This document shows positions 52,104-64,000 of a stretch of DNA of 64,000 bases, piece after piece; the stretch's first letter is position 1, and each line of letters begins with the position of its first letter. The notes under the pieces are model-generated. The model did not search any database, was not told the origin of the DNA, and was given only the letters and a program-made list of their open reading frames with translations. This DNA is from Vermamoeba vermiformis (Eukaryota). The position numbers and the translations under genes were made by a program. The stretch is from assembly GCA_045837725.1 (NCBI GenBank), contig JBEWZL010000246.1, positions 1 to 64,000 of the forward strand, written 5' to 3'.

Positions 52104-55100
52104 TCAAAAATGAAATTGAATCCCGCCAAAACCAAACCCAAAACCAGGAGGTGGTGGACCCCCACGAGGACCTCTTCTTCGTGGTCTATCGTCGTTATTG
52201 TCGTCTTCATCGCCATCGTCGTTATTATCATCGCCTTCATCACCTTCATCTTCTTCTTGGTCCTCTTCTTCCGCAGGCAAGAAATCTTCAATATTTTCAA
52301 ACATTTCCATATTTTCATCGCCTTCATCCATTTCATCGCTATTAAAATGATTCATGACAATGCCATCCTGATCCGATTCACTATTATAATCTCGTTCGTC
52401 TTCATCGTCTTCCGATTCATCTTCTTCTTCAATTTTCTGTTTTGCTGCTTTGGTTTCAGCTGATGGAGGTACTTCAGCGGTAAAGCAAACCGCGCCTGAA
52501 AATTCAAAATTAATACCGTAGTAAATATTGACAATAATTCAATTTCGTTCACGTGAGGCAGAGATCCGACCTAACGAGTTATTTAAATAAAATTTCAGAA
52601 AGCAATTATTAGAATAGGTCAGTCACCACTCATCTGACCGAACAGATCCCGTTGAAAAAACGAATTTCATTGAACCGTAAATTATGCGACGCTTTCGTAT
52701 AAATTAGTCGCCTAAAATATGTTAGTTACCAGGTTTAAATTTGTTCAGGCTGGGCATTAAATCATAAGGCGATTGGCCCATTTTGTTTTTAATTTTCAGA
52801 TCTGCTCCTTTCTGTATAACACATTAATTAGTATTAGGTTAAGTACCTAGTAATTATCACGTATACATACTTCTAATAAGAATCTAAGCCAATCTGGTTC
52901 CTTCAAGTCCCATATAGCGTAGTGTAACGGCGTATTTCCAAGGTCGTCTTGCGCATTAATGTTGGCGCCGTGTTCGATCAAATATTCACATATTGGCTCT
53001 ACAACTGCTCTGTCTTTGGCATTGGGGGTACTATAAACATAATTAGCAATATTCTTTCGTTATTTTATAATTTGGATCCGGATCTAAAATTTAGTGGAAT
53101 TGCTTAATTCAAAAAAAACTTACGCTATCGTTTCTAAGATATTAGTTGCATGTTTCATAGCTGGAGACAGGCCAAACACCTCTACGCAGACTTTTACGGA
53201 CTCTAATTCGTGCATGTCAATTGCTTCATGAAGCGCAGTATCATGCAAGCCGTCATTAGTTGCAAATATTTTTTTGATGGCATTTTGTTCTTCAATCGGC
53301 ATAGCATTGAATCTTTCCATAAAAGGCTTTAAACGCTCCTCGTAGCACTTAACTAACACGTGCAAGACTGTCTTGCCTCGACTGCTGACTGCGAACAGAT
53401 CTGCAACAAAAAGAAGAAGGTTAATTAATTAAAGTATATACAATATAATTGCATTTGATTAACTGTAAAAATTTAATTTGTTGCAAATATTTAGCTTTGA
53501 CACGTGTCAAATTAACTTTGAATGTAAATGTTACATTGAAAGAGAAAGAGGAATTCGTTTAGGAAAATTAAGACTTAACTTTCTCGAGGTTTAATCTCCA
53601 AAGATTTGTCAAATGAAATTTCTTTTTTCGTTTGCTACGTACCAAGTTTTGGGGACAAAACTAACTCGTCTGTGATTTCAAAGGCCAAGGCCTGGTCAGC
53701 GAGGAAGAGCGGAGTGTCGCCCAGTGTGTTACGTGCATTAATATCTGCACCTTTCGAGATCAAATAATCGCAAGCTTCCTTGTCAGTAACTGCAAAATTA
53801 AAAAATGTTAGCCAGATCCAGGTCAAAAAAACGGATCTTGAGTTTCATTTTTTGATCCGTTTTTCGGTCTTGCGTGTACTTTAAACTTACTACTCTTATG
53901 CAAGACAGTTTCGCCAAATTCATTTCGATCATTAATATCAAAGTGGTGCAATAAATAATCGACGACTCGCTCGTACTTCGTAAAAATAATTTCTTTTGGT
54001 GGTGGGATCAGACTGACCATGTGCAGCAAACTGTTGCCTCCGTCATCTCGTTCCTTAATATCCGCACCTATCATATATATTACTATTAGGTAAAATAAGG
54101 GGACAAATAATTTTCGAACCGGATTTGAATCCGATCCGGCATAAATTATCCAACACAAACTTGTAAAAATATTAGGAGTAATTGAAAAAGCGTGTATGAC
54201 TAATATATAATATAAGATAATATAATAAATAAGCATTAATAGAAAAAGAAATTTTCTAATCGTACCGTGGTCCACTAGCATTCGGATCAGCTTCAAACTA
54301 GCCATGTTTGCGATCACAATAGCAAGAGGATTCAAATACACCGTGGCAGTTCTAATGCTGGTTGGCTTAGCACCGTGGTCTAGCAACATCTTCACCATAG
54401 CAATTTTCACCTTCTTCGTGAACGAATACGACGTTGATTTTCCGAGAAGTGTAATCAACGGACTGAACGCGTCCGGGCCATAAATATTCGGCTAAAAATA
54501 GACTTATTAGTACTTTCCTTTTAAGGAATATTGAAACAAGGATCTGGCCTAGATGCGAATTTTAGCTGATACATTAACAAATAAAAAGGTTATGTACATA
54601 ATTGAAATTTCCTTTTTAGGAAATAATACATACATCAGCGCCGTTTTTCAGCAAGGTTTCAATAACTTCTGCAAATTTTGGAGTTTCAACTTCAATGGCT
54701 TTGATCAACGGAGTTACTCCGTTCTTGTTGATTTGGTTGATATTAACACCTTCTTTCACCAAGTACTCGACCAGGGCTTTGTGATCGACTTCATCGTTGG
54801 TCTCCATAAATATCGCGTGTAAGAAATTATTTCCGTTGTCGTCGCAAACTCGCAAATCTACTCCATGGCGCTTTAATTCCTAGAAAAAACAAGGGTGAGT
54901 AATTCGTTTTGCGGATCTGACCAAAAAAATTTTGGCCAGATCGGACTGCAAATTGTGTTTTCAGTGAACAGATTTGAATGTATTTTTACCTCAAAATAAG
55001 TCATGCGGTGGTCCAAGAAGAACAGACCAAGACCTTCTTCGTTTTTAGCAATGAGATTCGCTTTCTTTTCAACTAACAGCGGCAACGCTGCCATGAATTC

Positions 55101-57530
55101 TGCTTCATGAACGGTGCGACACAATTCCACGATGTCGTTGTCTTCAATCGTCGGTGATTCTTGAATTAATCCTGCGAGGAAGTTAAGGTATATATTTCCT
55201 TATATAGTATACTTTATACTCACTTCTTAATTTGGGCTCTTTGATTGAAATTTCGGTACTCTGACAGCGATGGATGTATTGGCCTAACGGCGTGCGATCC
55301 CTAACAAAAAAATTCGTCAAAATATGACTTTTGAATTTGAATGGAATTTTTTTTAAAACGACGAAAATTATCGTTCATGAACGGATTTGACATTAACATT
55401 TGACACTTACTTTTTGTTTTTGAGTGTCCAACATTTCTTCGCGTAGGGAATCAATCGATCGATCACTTCGACGCTGGCCTCGCCGAATAAATGTACGGGC
55501 GTGTTGCCTTTGTTGTCAGGCGTCATCATTAACTCCGTGATTTCTTTCTTTTTCAGCTGCCTTTCCATCAAATCGACGTACACTGCTGTGCCACGGACAG
55601 TCACAATCTTGTGCACAACTGAACATTAAAAAATTAGCTAAAAGACAAATTATATTAAAATCGATTTCATAGTATTCGTATAAAACCACAATAAGATTAT
55701 ATTAACAATTTGTTTTCTTGAATATATTTTAACGGATCTCGAGATCCGGCGGATCTGTAAAAAAATATGAAAAAAGAAATTATGGAATTAAATATATATG
55801 CATAGAACTTACGTGTTTCGCCGTCTTCAGACTTTTCAAACCATTTAATAGGCCTGTCGTAGGATTCAAACAAGGCTCGAACAGTTGGCACGCTCAGATT
55901 CAATTTGGACCACAACGGTGTCACGACAACTTTCTGCTTGGGAATTGCGAGCATTTTTGACACGTCATAGCCATTCTCCAGCAAAATTTTAACGATTTCG
56001 ATGCATTGTGCTGAGTTCGAGTAGGGAATCATACTCATGATTGGAAATGCGAATGGCTCGGCACTATCAGTCATGCACGGTGATTCAGGGGCCACTCTGT
56101 TGGATTCACTGAGCATCGATAGTTCATAGTCCATATTCGTGTAATTGTGTATGAATAGTGCTTTGACTGCTGCGACATTTTTCGATGCGATTGCGTGTTG
56201 AAGCAACGTCTAAAATGCAATAAAAAAATATTAGAATATTACAAAAAATAATAATATAATTATAAAATAATTATAATATTAAACGCGTATATGAACTAGT
56301 TCAATAAAATTGATTGAATTATTCGTGATTTTTATAAATATTGCCAATAGTTATGCAATGTAATATTACGTACGAATTTGTTAAAAGTGTAGCACTTATA
56401 AGGTAAGTTATTATGTTTGTAGCAAGCCAGGAAAAATTCCGCTTTCGGATCCTGCACGATTCGTGACTTCAATATGCGCACTAGATCGCGACAATACAGC
56501 TTGATGCCCATTGATGCTGCTGCTTCTTCAACTGCTTCGAACTCTCGTTTCAGCTCTGCTGGTTTTGAGTCGCGTTTGTACTCCCAAAACATGTACAACT
56601 CCTATAAGAACATTAAAACTAAGTTACATATTCATAAATATTGCTATTATGCATATAATATTAAAATCTTTTTGCGTACCGTTAAAGCAGGAGCGACTTT
56701 CTTGAATGCCTCAACAAATTCGATGAGTTGACCAACGTTTTCTCCAGCAGTTTTTCGTCTCTTAAACAGCCGTTTCTTTTTTTCTTGTTTTTGAACAATT
56801 TTAATGCCAGTACGAATGACTTTAACTTTCTCGAACTTGTGCTTCATGTTTTTAAGCACATCCAGGGTCACGCCAGTATTAAAATTGAGGACTTGCAAGT
56901 TCGGGAGACAAGGCGGTAAATCTTCGAATTTCATGGCATTGGCGACTAATAATAGGGTTAGTATACGATCAATAGTATTAGTGACTACGTACTCATTCCT
57001 GCTTCCAGATTCGTGATCGAGTTTGTGAGCGGTGTGATTTCTGTATTATCATGACCCATGTATTTTCTTGAAGGCAAAAATTGAAGCCATGATAATTTAG
57101 GCAAGGCCTTCGTTATCTTCTTAATGGAACGAAAGTGGAAAGGCTCATCTATGAACAATCCGGTAACATTGTATTGCTGCGCTAGCTGAAGGACTTTGTC
57201 CAATGTTAATCTTGCTTTGGAATAATCGATATTTGGAGGAACTAGTTCTCGTACATCGAGCACTTTCGGCAGAGTTGTTGTTTTGCAAAGGTTCCTGAAA
57301 AAAATATCAAAAAAAATTAATCAAAATTATTCTCGGCCACTAATCGCTCGAGAAATGCAAAATAATATTCTCTGCCATGCAATTAAATATTTGGAAATTT
57401 TTAAAATTAATTACCTCCATTCAGAACAAACTTTTGACAAAATAAGAACCCAATCCGTGAATCTCACGAACGAGAACACTTGTGTCTTGAGATCCGTGGG
57501 TAATAAATCGAATTTGAAATAGTCTCCCAT
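52104..57530 (-). CDS. F-box + LRR-like + ankyrin-repeat protein with acidic tail, copy 1
   Basis: ATG at 57530: MGDYFKFDLLPTDLKTQVFSFVRFTDWVLILSKVCSEW (F-box); many ankyrin repeats (GNTPVH, GVTPLIKA, GETVLH, GDTPLF, GNTPLHYA); D/E-rich C-terminus. Confidence 0.85.
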
Positions 57531-57781
57531 TGTGGCATCAGAAGGCTGACTAAAATAAATATGCGCGGGAAAAAAAGTTCGAGAACAAAAACCCGAGATG
57601 CGAAAATTGTGAACCTCGCCGAGCCATCATTGATATTAATTTAGACGACTGAGCATTAATCTGGAATGTTCGTTGGATCCTATCATCGAAACTGAGCCAG
57701 ATGTCTCGCCAAAAAAAATCTGTTGCGTAGTATGTATTTATGGATTGAATCGTTTTCGAAAAGTAAAATTAACACAAGTAT

Positions 57782-60700
57782 TTACAACCTGAACACAAAT
57801 CCACCAGGGTGTCTTCTTAATCGACCTTCATCGTCTTCATCATCATCGTCGTCATCCTCTCCCTCATCTTCATCACCGCTCAGATCCTCGATGTCATTAT
57901 CTTCGTCGTCTTCCTCCTCTTCTTCGTAGAAATGAATTGCGTCTTCCATGCCCAAATCCACATCCACATCATTTTCATCCATGTCGTCACTATTAAACAT
58001 ATCGTCAATTTCTTCCTCGTCGTAGTGAGGCTCGTCTTCGTCATGTTTAAGAATCTCGTCTTGAGCTTTTTTCTTTCGTAATTTTTCTGCCTCATCTTCC
58101 ACTGAAATTGGCAAATCGCTGTTAAACCTGCTCGCACCTGAAATTAATTACATAATTAGAAAACATCGTCTCAGTTTGATTGAATCACAAACGCGAAATA
58201 CTCACTTGAGCTTAGTGTGTCAATGTTGGGCATAAAATCACGAACTGACTGACCCAGGTTATTTTTGATCGTCGGATCTGCTCCGTTCTGCAACAAAACA
58301 AAATTAGCACGTGTTAAAAAAATACGAGATCCGTACGTCTAATAAAAATCTAATGAAATCTAAGGAGCAATAATCGCCGTCCATTAATGCATAGTGAAGC
58401 GCGGTATTTCCTTTTTTGTCTTGTGCATTGATATTTGCGCCGTGTTCGAGCAGGTAAGCGACGATTTGTTTTACTATTGGCAATTCGGTTTGGTTGTCAA
58501 ATCGATGCCTATACTTTGGTTAGATTGTTTTACCTATGAATTATATCTTACGTGTAAAGAAGCAAACTTTGATGCTGCATTGCTGGGGACAGCCCGAAGA
58601 CTTCCACGCAAATTTTGACCGACTCAAATTGTAGCATTAAAACAGCGCCGTGGAGTGCAGTCGGATGAACGCCATCGTTTGCGGAGAATACTTTCTTAAT
58701 GGCGTTTTGTTGCTCGATTGGCATCGCATTGAACTTTTTCATAAACGGCTCCAATCGCTCTTCATAGGACCTAACTAGAATATGCAACGCCGACTTGTTT
58801 TGGCGATTAATGGCGAGCCAATCTGATACAAGGAAGAACAATATTAGTGCCAAAATTCTAGTCTTTAAAAAAACACGTCGCCAGATCCGGAAAATTTCAT
58901 AAATTTTACGTACCAAGTTTGGGAGAATTCAACAACATATCCACCGAATCTAAAGCAAGCAACAGTGGCGTGTCTCCTTGATTATCTTTGATATTAATGT
59001 TTGCGCCTTTGGACACTAAGTACTCAGCGAACTCGGTAAACTCGACTATTTGTAATGATTAGTATTTCCTAATTTGGAAATATTCGTTCAAAAATAGACT
59101 TACGCATTTGGTGCAAAATTGTCTTGCCCAAGGCGTTTTGATCATCGATATCAATGTGGGTCAACAAAAAGTCAATCACGCCGAAGATTTTTTTGTCGGG
59201 CAGTTCTCCGATTGGACAATTGCTTGTTTGGTGGAGCAGGCTATTACCCACATCATCGCGCTCTTTTATATCGGCACCTGGAGATCACATTATAAATATA
59301 AAGGCAATTCTTATTATTGAGGCAAACGTACCATGATCCATTAGCATTCGAATCAATTGGACACTTGCATCGTTAGTTATGGCCATTGCAAGCGGACAAA
59401 AGCGGTCTCCGGATATTCTGATGCTCATGGGCTTTGCACCGTGAGACAATAACAACTTCACGTAATCCATTTTGTTTTTCTTGGAAAAAGAATAACTTGT
59501 ATTTTTGCCTAGCACAGTGACCAGAGGACTGGGCGTATTCGGACCATGCAAATTGGGCTAATATTAACATGCGTAAGAATTAGCGATTTCCTTTTTTGGA
59601 AGTACGTACGTCTGCGCCGTTCTTTAGCAAAGCTGCCACAGCTTCTAACCCTCTAAAAGTTAATTTTTGCATTGACTTGAGCAACGGAGTAATTCCATTT
59701 TTGTTGACTTGATTAATGTTCACGCCTTCTTTCACTAAGAACTCAATTAACGCAGGCACATTTGCGAGTTCTCGTCGATCTTTTTCCATAAAAATTCCAT
59801 GCAGCAAATTAGAGCCATTATCATCGGTAATTGTCAGATCAACGCCAAGTCGTTTGAATGCCTGCCGAAAATTAACAAGAATTAATTAGAAGAAAAATAC
59901 TGGTTTTTTTTACCTGCAGCGTTTCAATGGTGAAAGAACTGAAGAAAAATCCAATGCCAGCCTCGCCTTTAGCAGTAAGATTTGCACCTTTCTCGGCCAA
60001 CAACGGCAAAATATTCAAGTCCCCTTCGTCACACACGCGGAAAAATTCGTAAACGTCATTATCCTCAATGACCGGCATCTCTTGAAAGAATCCTAACAAG
60101 TGACAACGATTAGTCCACACCGTGGCATTATCACTGCAGTAAACTTACGCCGTAGCTTTTCTTCTTTGAGCGAAATATGACTTTCCTTGTATCTATTGAT
60201 GTAGACACCAAACGGTGTTTGATTTCTGACGTCAGACATTATGTTAGTAATGTTATTGACACGTGTCAACGGCTCGATGATAATTATTTTACGTTGACTT
60301 TGATTTAAGATGGGCGTTAATTCGTACCTCTTGTTTTTGATGGTCCAGCAGTTCTTGATGTAAGGAATCAGCCTGTCGAAGATCAACACGCTGCTTTCGC
60401 CCAACAAATGCACGGGAGTGTTGCCTTTATCGTCCTGCATGCTCATCAGTTCGGAGATTTGTTCTTTTGACAACTGCTTTTCCATTAGGTCTAAGTATAC
60501 TGGCGTGCCACGAATTATCACCAATTTGTGCGCAACTAAACACATTAGCATAAGTCGTTTTTTGTGCACAAAATTGGACCACGCCTCACAAATTTCTCGA
60601 TATTTTAAGCAATATTTTTCTAATTTAAAGTACGCATAATTATTGCGATATTCGCGAGTCTTACTTGTTTCACCGCCTTTAGCCCTATCGAACCATCTGA

Positions 60701-62278
60701 TTGGTGCAGTATAGTTTTCAAATAATCTTCGGACGGACGGCATTGTGAACTTCAATCTCGACCACAAAGGTGTCGAAAAAACTTTTTGTTCTGGCAATCT
60801 GATGATTTTTGACACGTCGTAACCGTTCTCGAGCAAGATGTCAACGATTTCCAGGCACTTCTCGGAATTATTATACGGAATCAAATTTGAGATTGTTAAC
60901 CGATGAGCCTCCCCGCTATCAGTCATGCCTGGCGTTGTCGGACTGACTTTGTTACTTTCATTTCTCACGGACAATTCGTAGTCCATATTCGTTATTTTGT
61001 TGTCAAACAATGCTCGAACCACTTTGACGTTCACCGCTGCAATGGCGTGTTGAAGTAGCGTCTAAAAAATTAATAACAATTATAATTAATAATTAATATG
61101 ATATTATGTATGAGCTTACGTAGCCGTTTATAGTATATGCGCGATAGGGCAAGTTATTGTGCGCATAACAAGCCAAGAAAAATTCCGCATCTGGATCCTG
61201 CACAGTCTGTGGCTTCAATATGCGCACTAGATCGCGACAATACAGCTTGATGCCCATTGATGCTGCTGCTTCTTCAACTGCTTCGAACTCTCGTTTCAGC
61301 TCTGCTGGTTTTGAGTCTCGTTTGTACTCCCAAAACATGTACAACTCCTTTGAGAAGCATTCAAGGTAAGTTATATATTCATATATATGACTATTATGCG
61401 TAATGGAATGAAATTCTTTGCGTACCGTTAAAGCAGGAGCGACTTTCTTGAATGCCTCAACAAATTCGATGAGTTGACCTACGTTTTCGCCTGCAGTTCG
61501 TCTCTTCTTTATTTGTCGCTTTTTTTTACCCAGTGGCACGTTTATGTTGATGCCAGTACGAATGACTTTGACTTTATCGAACTTGTGCTCCATTTTTTGA
61601 ATCGTGTTCAGCCGTACTCTCGTACTGTAATTGAGCACTTGCAAATTCGGGAAACAAGGCGGAAGTTCATTAAATGGCATAGGAACGCCAACTATAGTAG
61701 TAAATTAATACGTGTAAAGTTGAAATAAGCTTTGGTTCTTACTCATAGTCACATCCAGATGCGTGATCGAGTTTGACAGCGGTGTGATATCGTAAGTGAT
61801 TTGAGTTCTGTAGCCTCTTTGGGGTATAAATTGAAGCCATTGTAATTTAGGCAAAGCTTTAGAAATCTTTTTGAGCGACTTGAAATCAAACTGGGCATCC
61901 AGCACTAAGCCCGTCGTATTAAATTGCTGCGCTAATTTAAGGAGATTATCCACCACGTCTTTAGAGCCATGCAAAGTTTGATAGTGAGTAGGAAGTATTT
62001 CTCGTACATCGAGCACTTTCGGCAGGGTTGTTGTTTTGCAAAGGTTCCTGAAAAAAAAATCAAAAAATTAATCAAAATTATTCTCGTCCACCAATCGTTC
62101 GAGCAAATGCACAATAATATTCTCTGCCGTGGAGTGATAAATTTAAAATTAAAAATAATTACCTCCATTCAGAACAAACTTTTGACAAGAGTAAAACCCA
62201 ATCCGCGAATCTCACGAACGAGAATACTTGTGTCTTGAGATCCGTGGGTAATAAATCGAATTTGAAGTAATCTCCCAT
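57782..62278 (-). CDS. F-box + LRR-like + ankyrin-repeat protein with acidic tail, copy 2
   Basis: Same N-terminal F-box (MGDYFKFDLLPTDLKTQVFSFVRFADW), collinear exon structure and ankyrin repeats as copy 1. Confidence 0.85.
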
Positions 62279-62651
62279 AGTCACTTGAGTGCTGTGGTGA
62301 TAGAAGGTTGTTTCAAAAAGATTTTGATGTTCGTTCTGATCGGACGACAACAACAACAGCTACAATCTAATTAATGTTATTATACCTGATGATCTTTGCT
62401 TCATATCATGTTACGTACTGGTGTCATAGTAGATTTGAAGCTTGCAAGGTTTACCGGTAATTCAAAATTAAATTAAATTAAATATAATCAATACTAACAG
62501 CAAAATGTAATACATACATATTTATTTGTGCGAATGTAAGTTGTTTGTTCGATCTTTAATTATTATTATTGAAATATTTTCGAACAACCAACCCCTGCTC
62601 TCACGCACAACTTAAATGGTCTTAATTAAGCTTTATTTTTGGTAGGCGAAT

Positions 62652-62728
62652 ACGGTTCCGCTGACAGAACGGGTCCCGAATAGGTGCGGAGCCGGTGATT
62701 CACAACCGGCGATTTGCTTCGGAACCGT
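62652..62728. other. GC-rich stem-loop element in the divergent intergenic region
   Basis: 9-bp terminal inverted repeat ACGGTTCCG/CGGAACCGT enclosing the hairpin GCCGGT-N8-ACCGGC, in an AT-rich background. Confidence 0.4.
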
Positions 62729-62798
62729 CCTATGGCTATAAAATACTCACAAAGTACATTCATTTTCAATTCGAAAGAAAATTAGGAAGACAAAAGAA

Positions 62799-64000
62799 AT
62801 GCAAGCTTCAGAACTTCGCTTTGGAATCATTGGAGGTGGTCCCGGTGGCCTATTAACTGCTATCGCTCTTAAACGCAAAGGATTCAAGAATATATTTGTA
62901 TTCGAGCGAGATGAACGTAAGTAATCATTATTAATTTAAAGTAGTGGTCTAATAAATTCTCGATCAGATGCAGATTCGCGAACGCAAGGTTACTCTTTTT
63001 CACTATTTAGGCCAGGAGGTCTTACACTCATCGAAGAGCTTGGATTAAGCGAAGAAATGGCAAAGTTCTCGTTTCAAACGAATGGAATGCGTTTTGCGGA
63101 TGCCTTCACTGGATCCGTGCGCCTGGAATTCCGAGAGACCTCAGAGATGGTACGTATTGAATTTAATGCATAACCCCGTAAGCTAACATGTATTTTAGCC
63201 CGGCAGTCGCTCTCCTCCTAAACGAGTCCTGCGTGCACCGTTCAGAAAGATGCTTGTTAATGTTTGCGAACGAGAGGGCATTTCAATCGCATGGAACAAA
63301 CGTGTGCTGAAATACGAAGAAAAGCAAGACTCAGTTGAAGTGATATTTGAGAACGGTGAAAGACGAGAATTTGACATTGTAATCGGAGGTAAGATTCTGA
63401 ATTCAGCAGATCTGATTTCTGGCTCATTCATATCGTAACGCTTATTATATTATAATTTACGTTGAAGGAAGGCTTTTTACTTATTTGTCATTTCTAGCTG
63501 ACGGAATACAATCACCGCTCCGAGCGCAACTTGTCGGTGATGAGTTGAACTACACAGGCTACACGTGCTTCACAGGAGTCACGAGAAGAAGTGAGGCACC
63601 AGAGGCGTTTGATCACCAATACTTTAACCGAAATGGTGTAATTGCCATGTCACCCGAACGTACCGCGTTCATGTTCCATCACAACGAAGACGAGCTGCTG
63701 TGGATTTTCACGGTCAAAGTACCAATGCATTATTTTGAAGACAGATGTGGCTTGGATCGCCAAAAATGGAAAGAAGAGATTGTTGCGCGCACAGGTGATA
63801 TCGCCCCGTTGTTCAAAACGTACAGATCAAGATCTTCAATACTAACCCTCGTGACTAATCGAAATTTATTATAGAATACTTCAAGGTGGCGAGCCTACAG
63901 GAATTATTCCATTTAGAGATCGAAAGCCGTTGACTATCAACAAGAAAACAGGTGCGCGTTCAACTCCAAATCAGGAAGAATTACCTTATTAGGAGATGCC
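62799..64000 (+). CDS. FAD-dependent monooxygenase, copy 2 (runs off the window end)
   Basis: MQASELRFGIIGGGPGG start identical to copy 1; ADGIQS; ITLLGDA at the window end. Confidence 0.9.

Noticed and set aside
52100-52463. Alternative-frame ORFs and trinucleotide-like repeats
   Set aside because: Low-complexity Asp/Glu-coding tail of the F-box–ankyrin gene; the same applies at 57723-58137.
60093-61034. 313-aa single ORF
   Set aside because: It reads through stop-free introns; exon structure is collinear with paralog copy 1.
62652-62728. tRNA gene
   Set aside because: tRNA-sized with a closing stem, but no recognisable D-arm, T-loop or anticodon arm on either strand.

Overview
Intron-rich eukaryotic genomic DNA (short AT-rich GT-AG introns), most likely an amoebozoan protist, inferred from a Sib-type adhesin and a Dictyostelium-style hybrid histidine kinase. 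The left ~3.4 kb is a CpG-eroded block resembling a mobile element or subtelomere. It holds a divergent Fpg/Nei (NEIL1-like) gene with substituted catalytic residues, three palindromic or G-rich tandem arrays and CCCTAA-like relics. Gene order after it: an F-box fused to N-terminally truncated importin-beta (the most unusual gene here), an F-box/beta-propeller protein, a PAS hybrid histidine kinase (frameshift in the receiver), a truncated TBCE-like gene, UBC13, a secreted protein, a peroxisomal enoyl-CoA reductase, a secreted EEP hydrolase, a ~3200-aa Sib-like adhesin, a Ubl-like/AAA+ ATPase, an RCC1-ankyrin-patatin fusion, VPS13, then two FAD monooxygenases flanking two F-box-ankyrin paralogs with gene-conversion-like patches. 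All gene models were spliced by eye and family calls rest on motif recognition; no database search was run.
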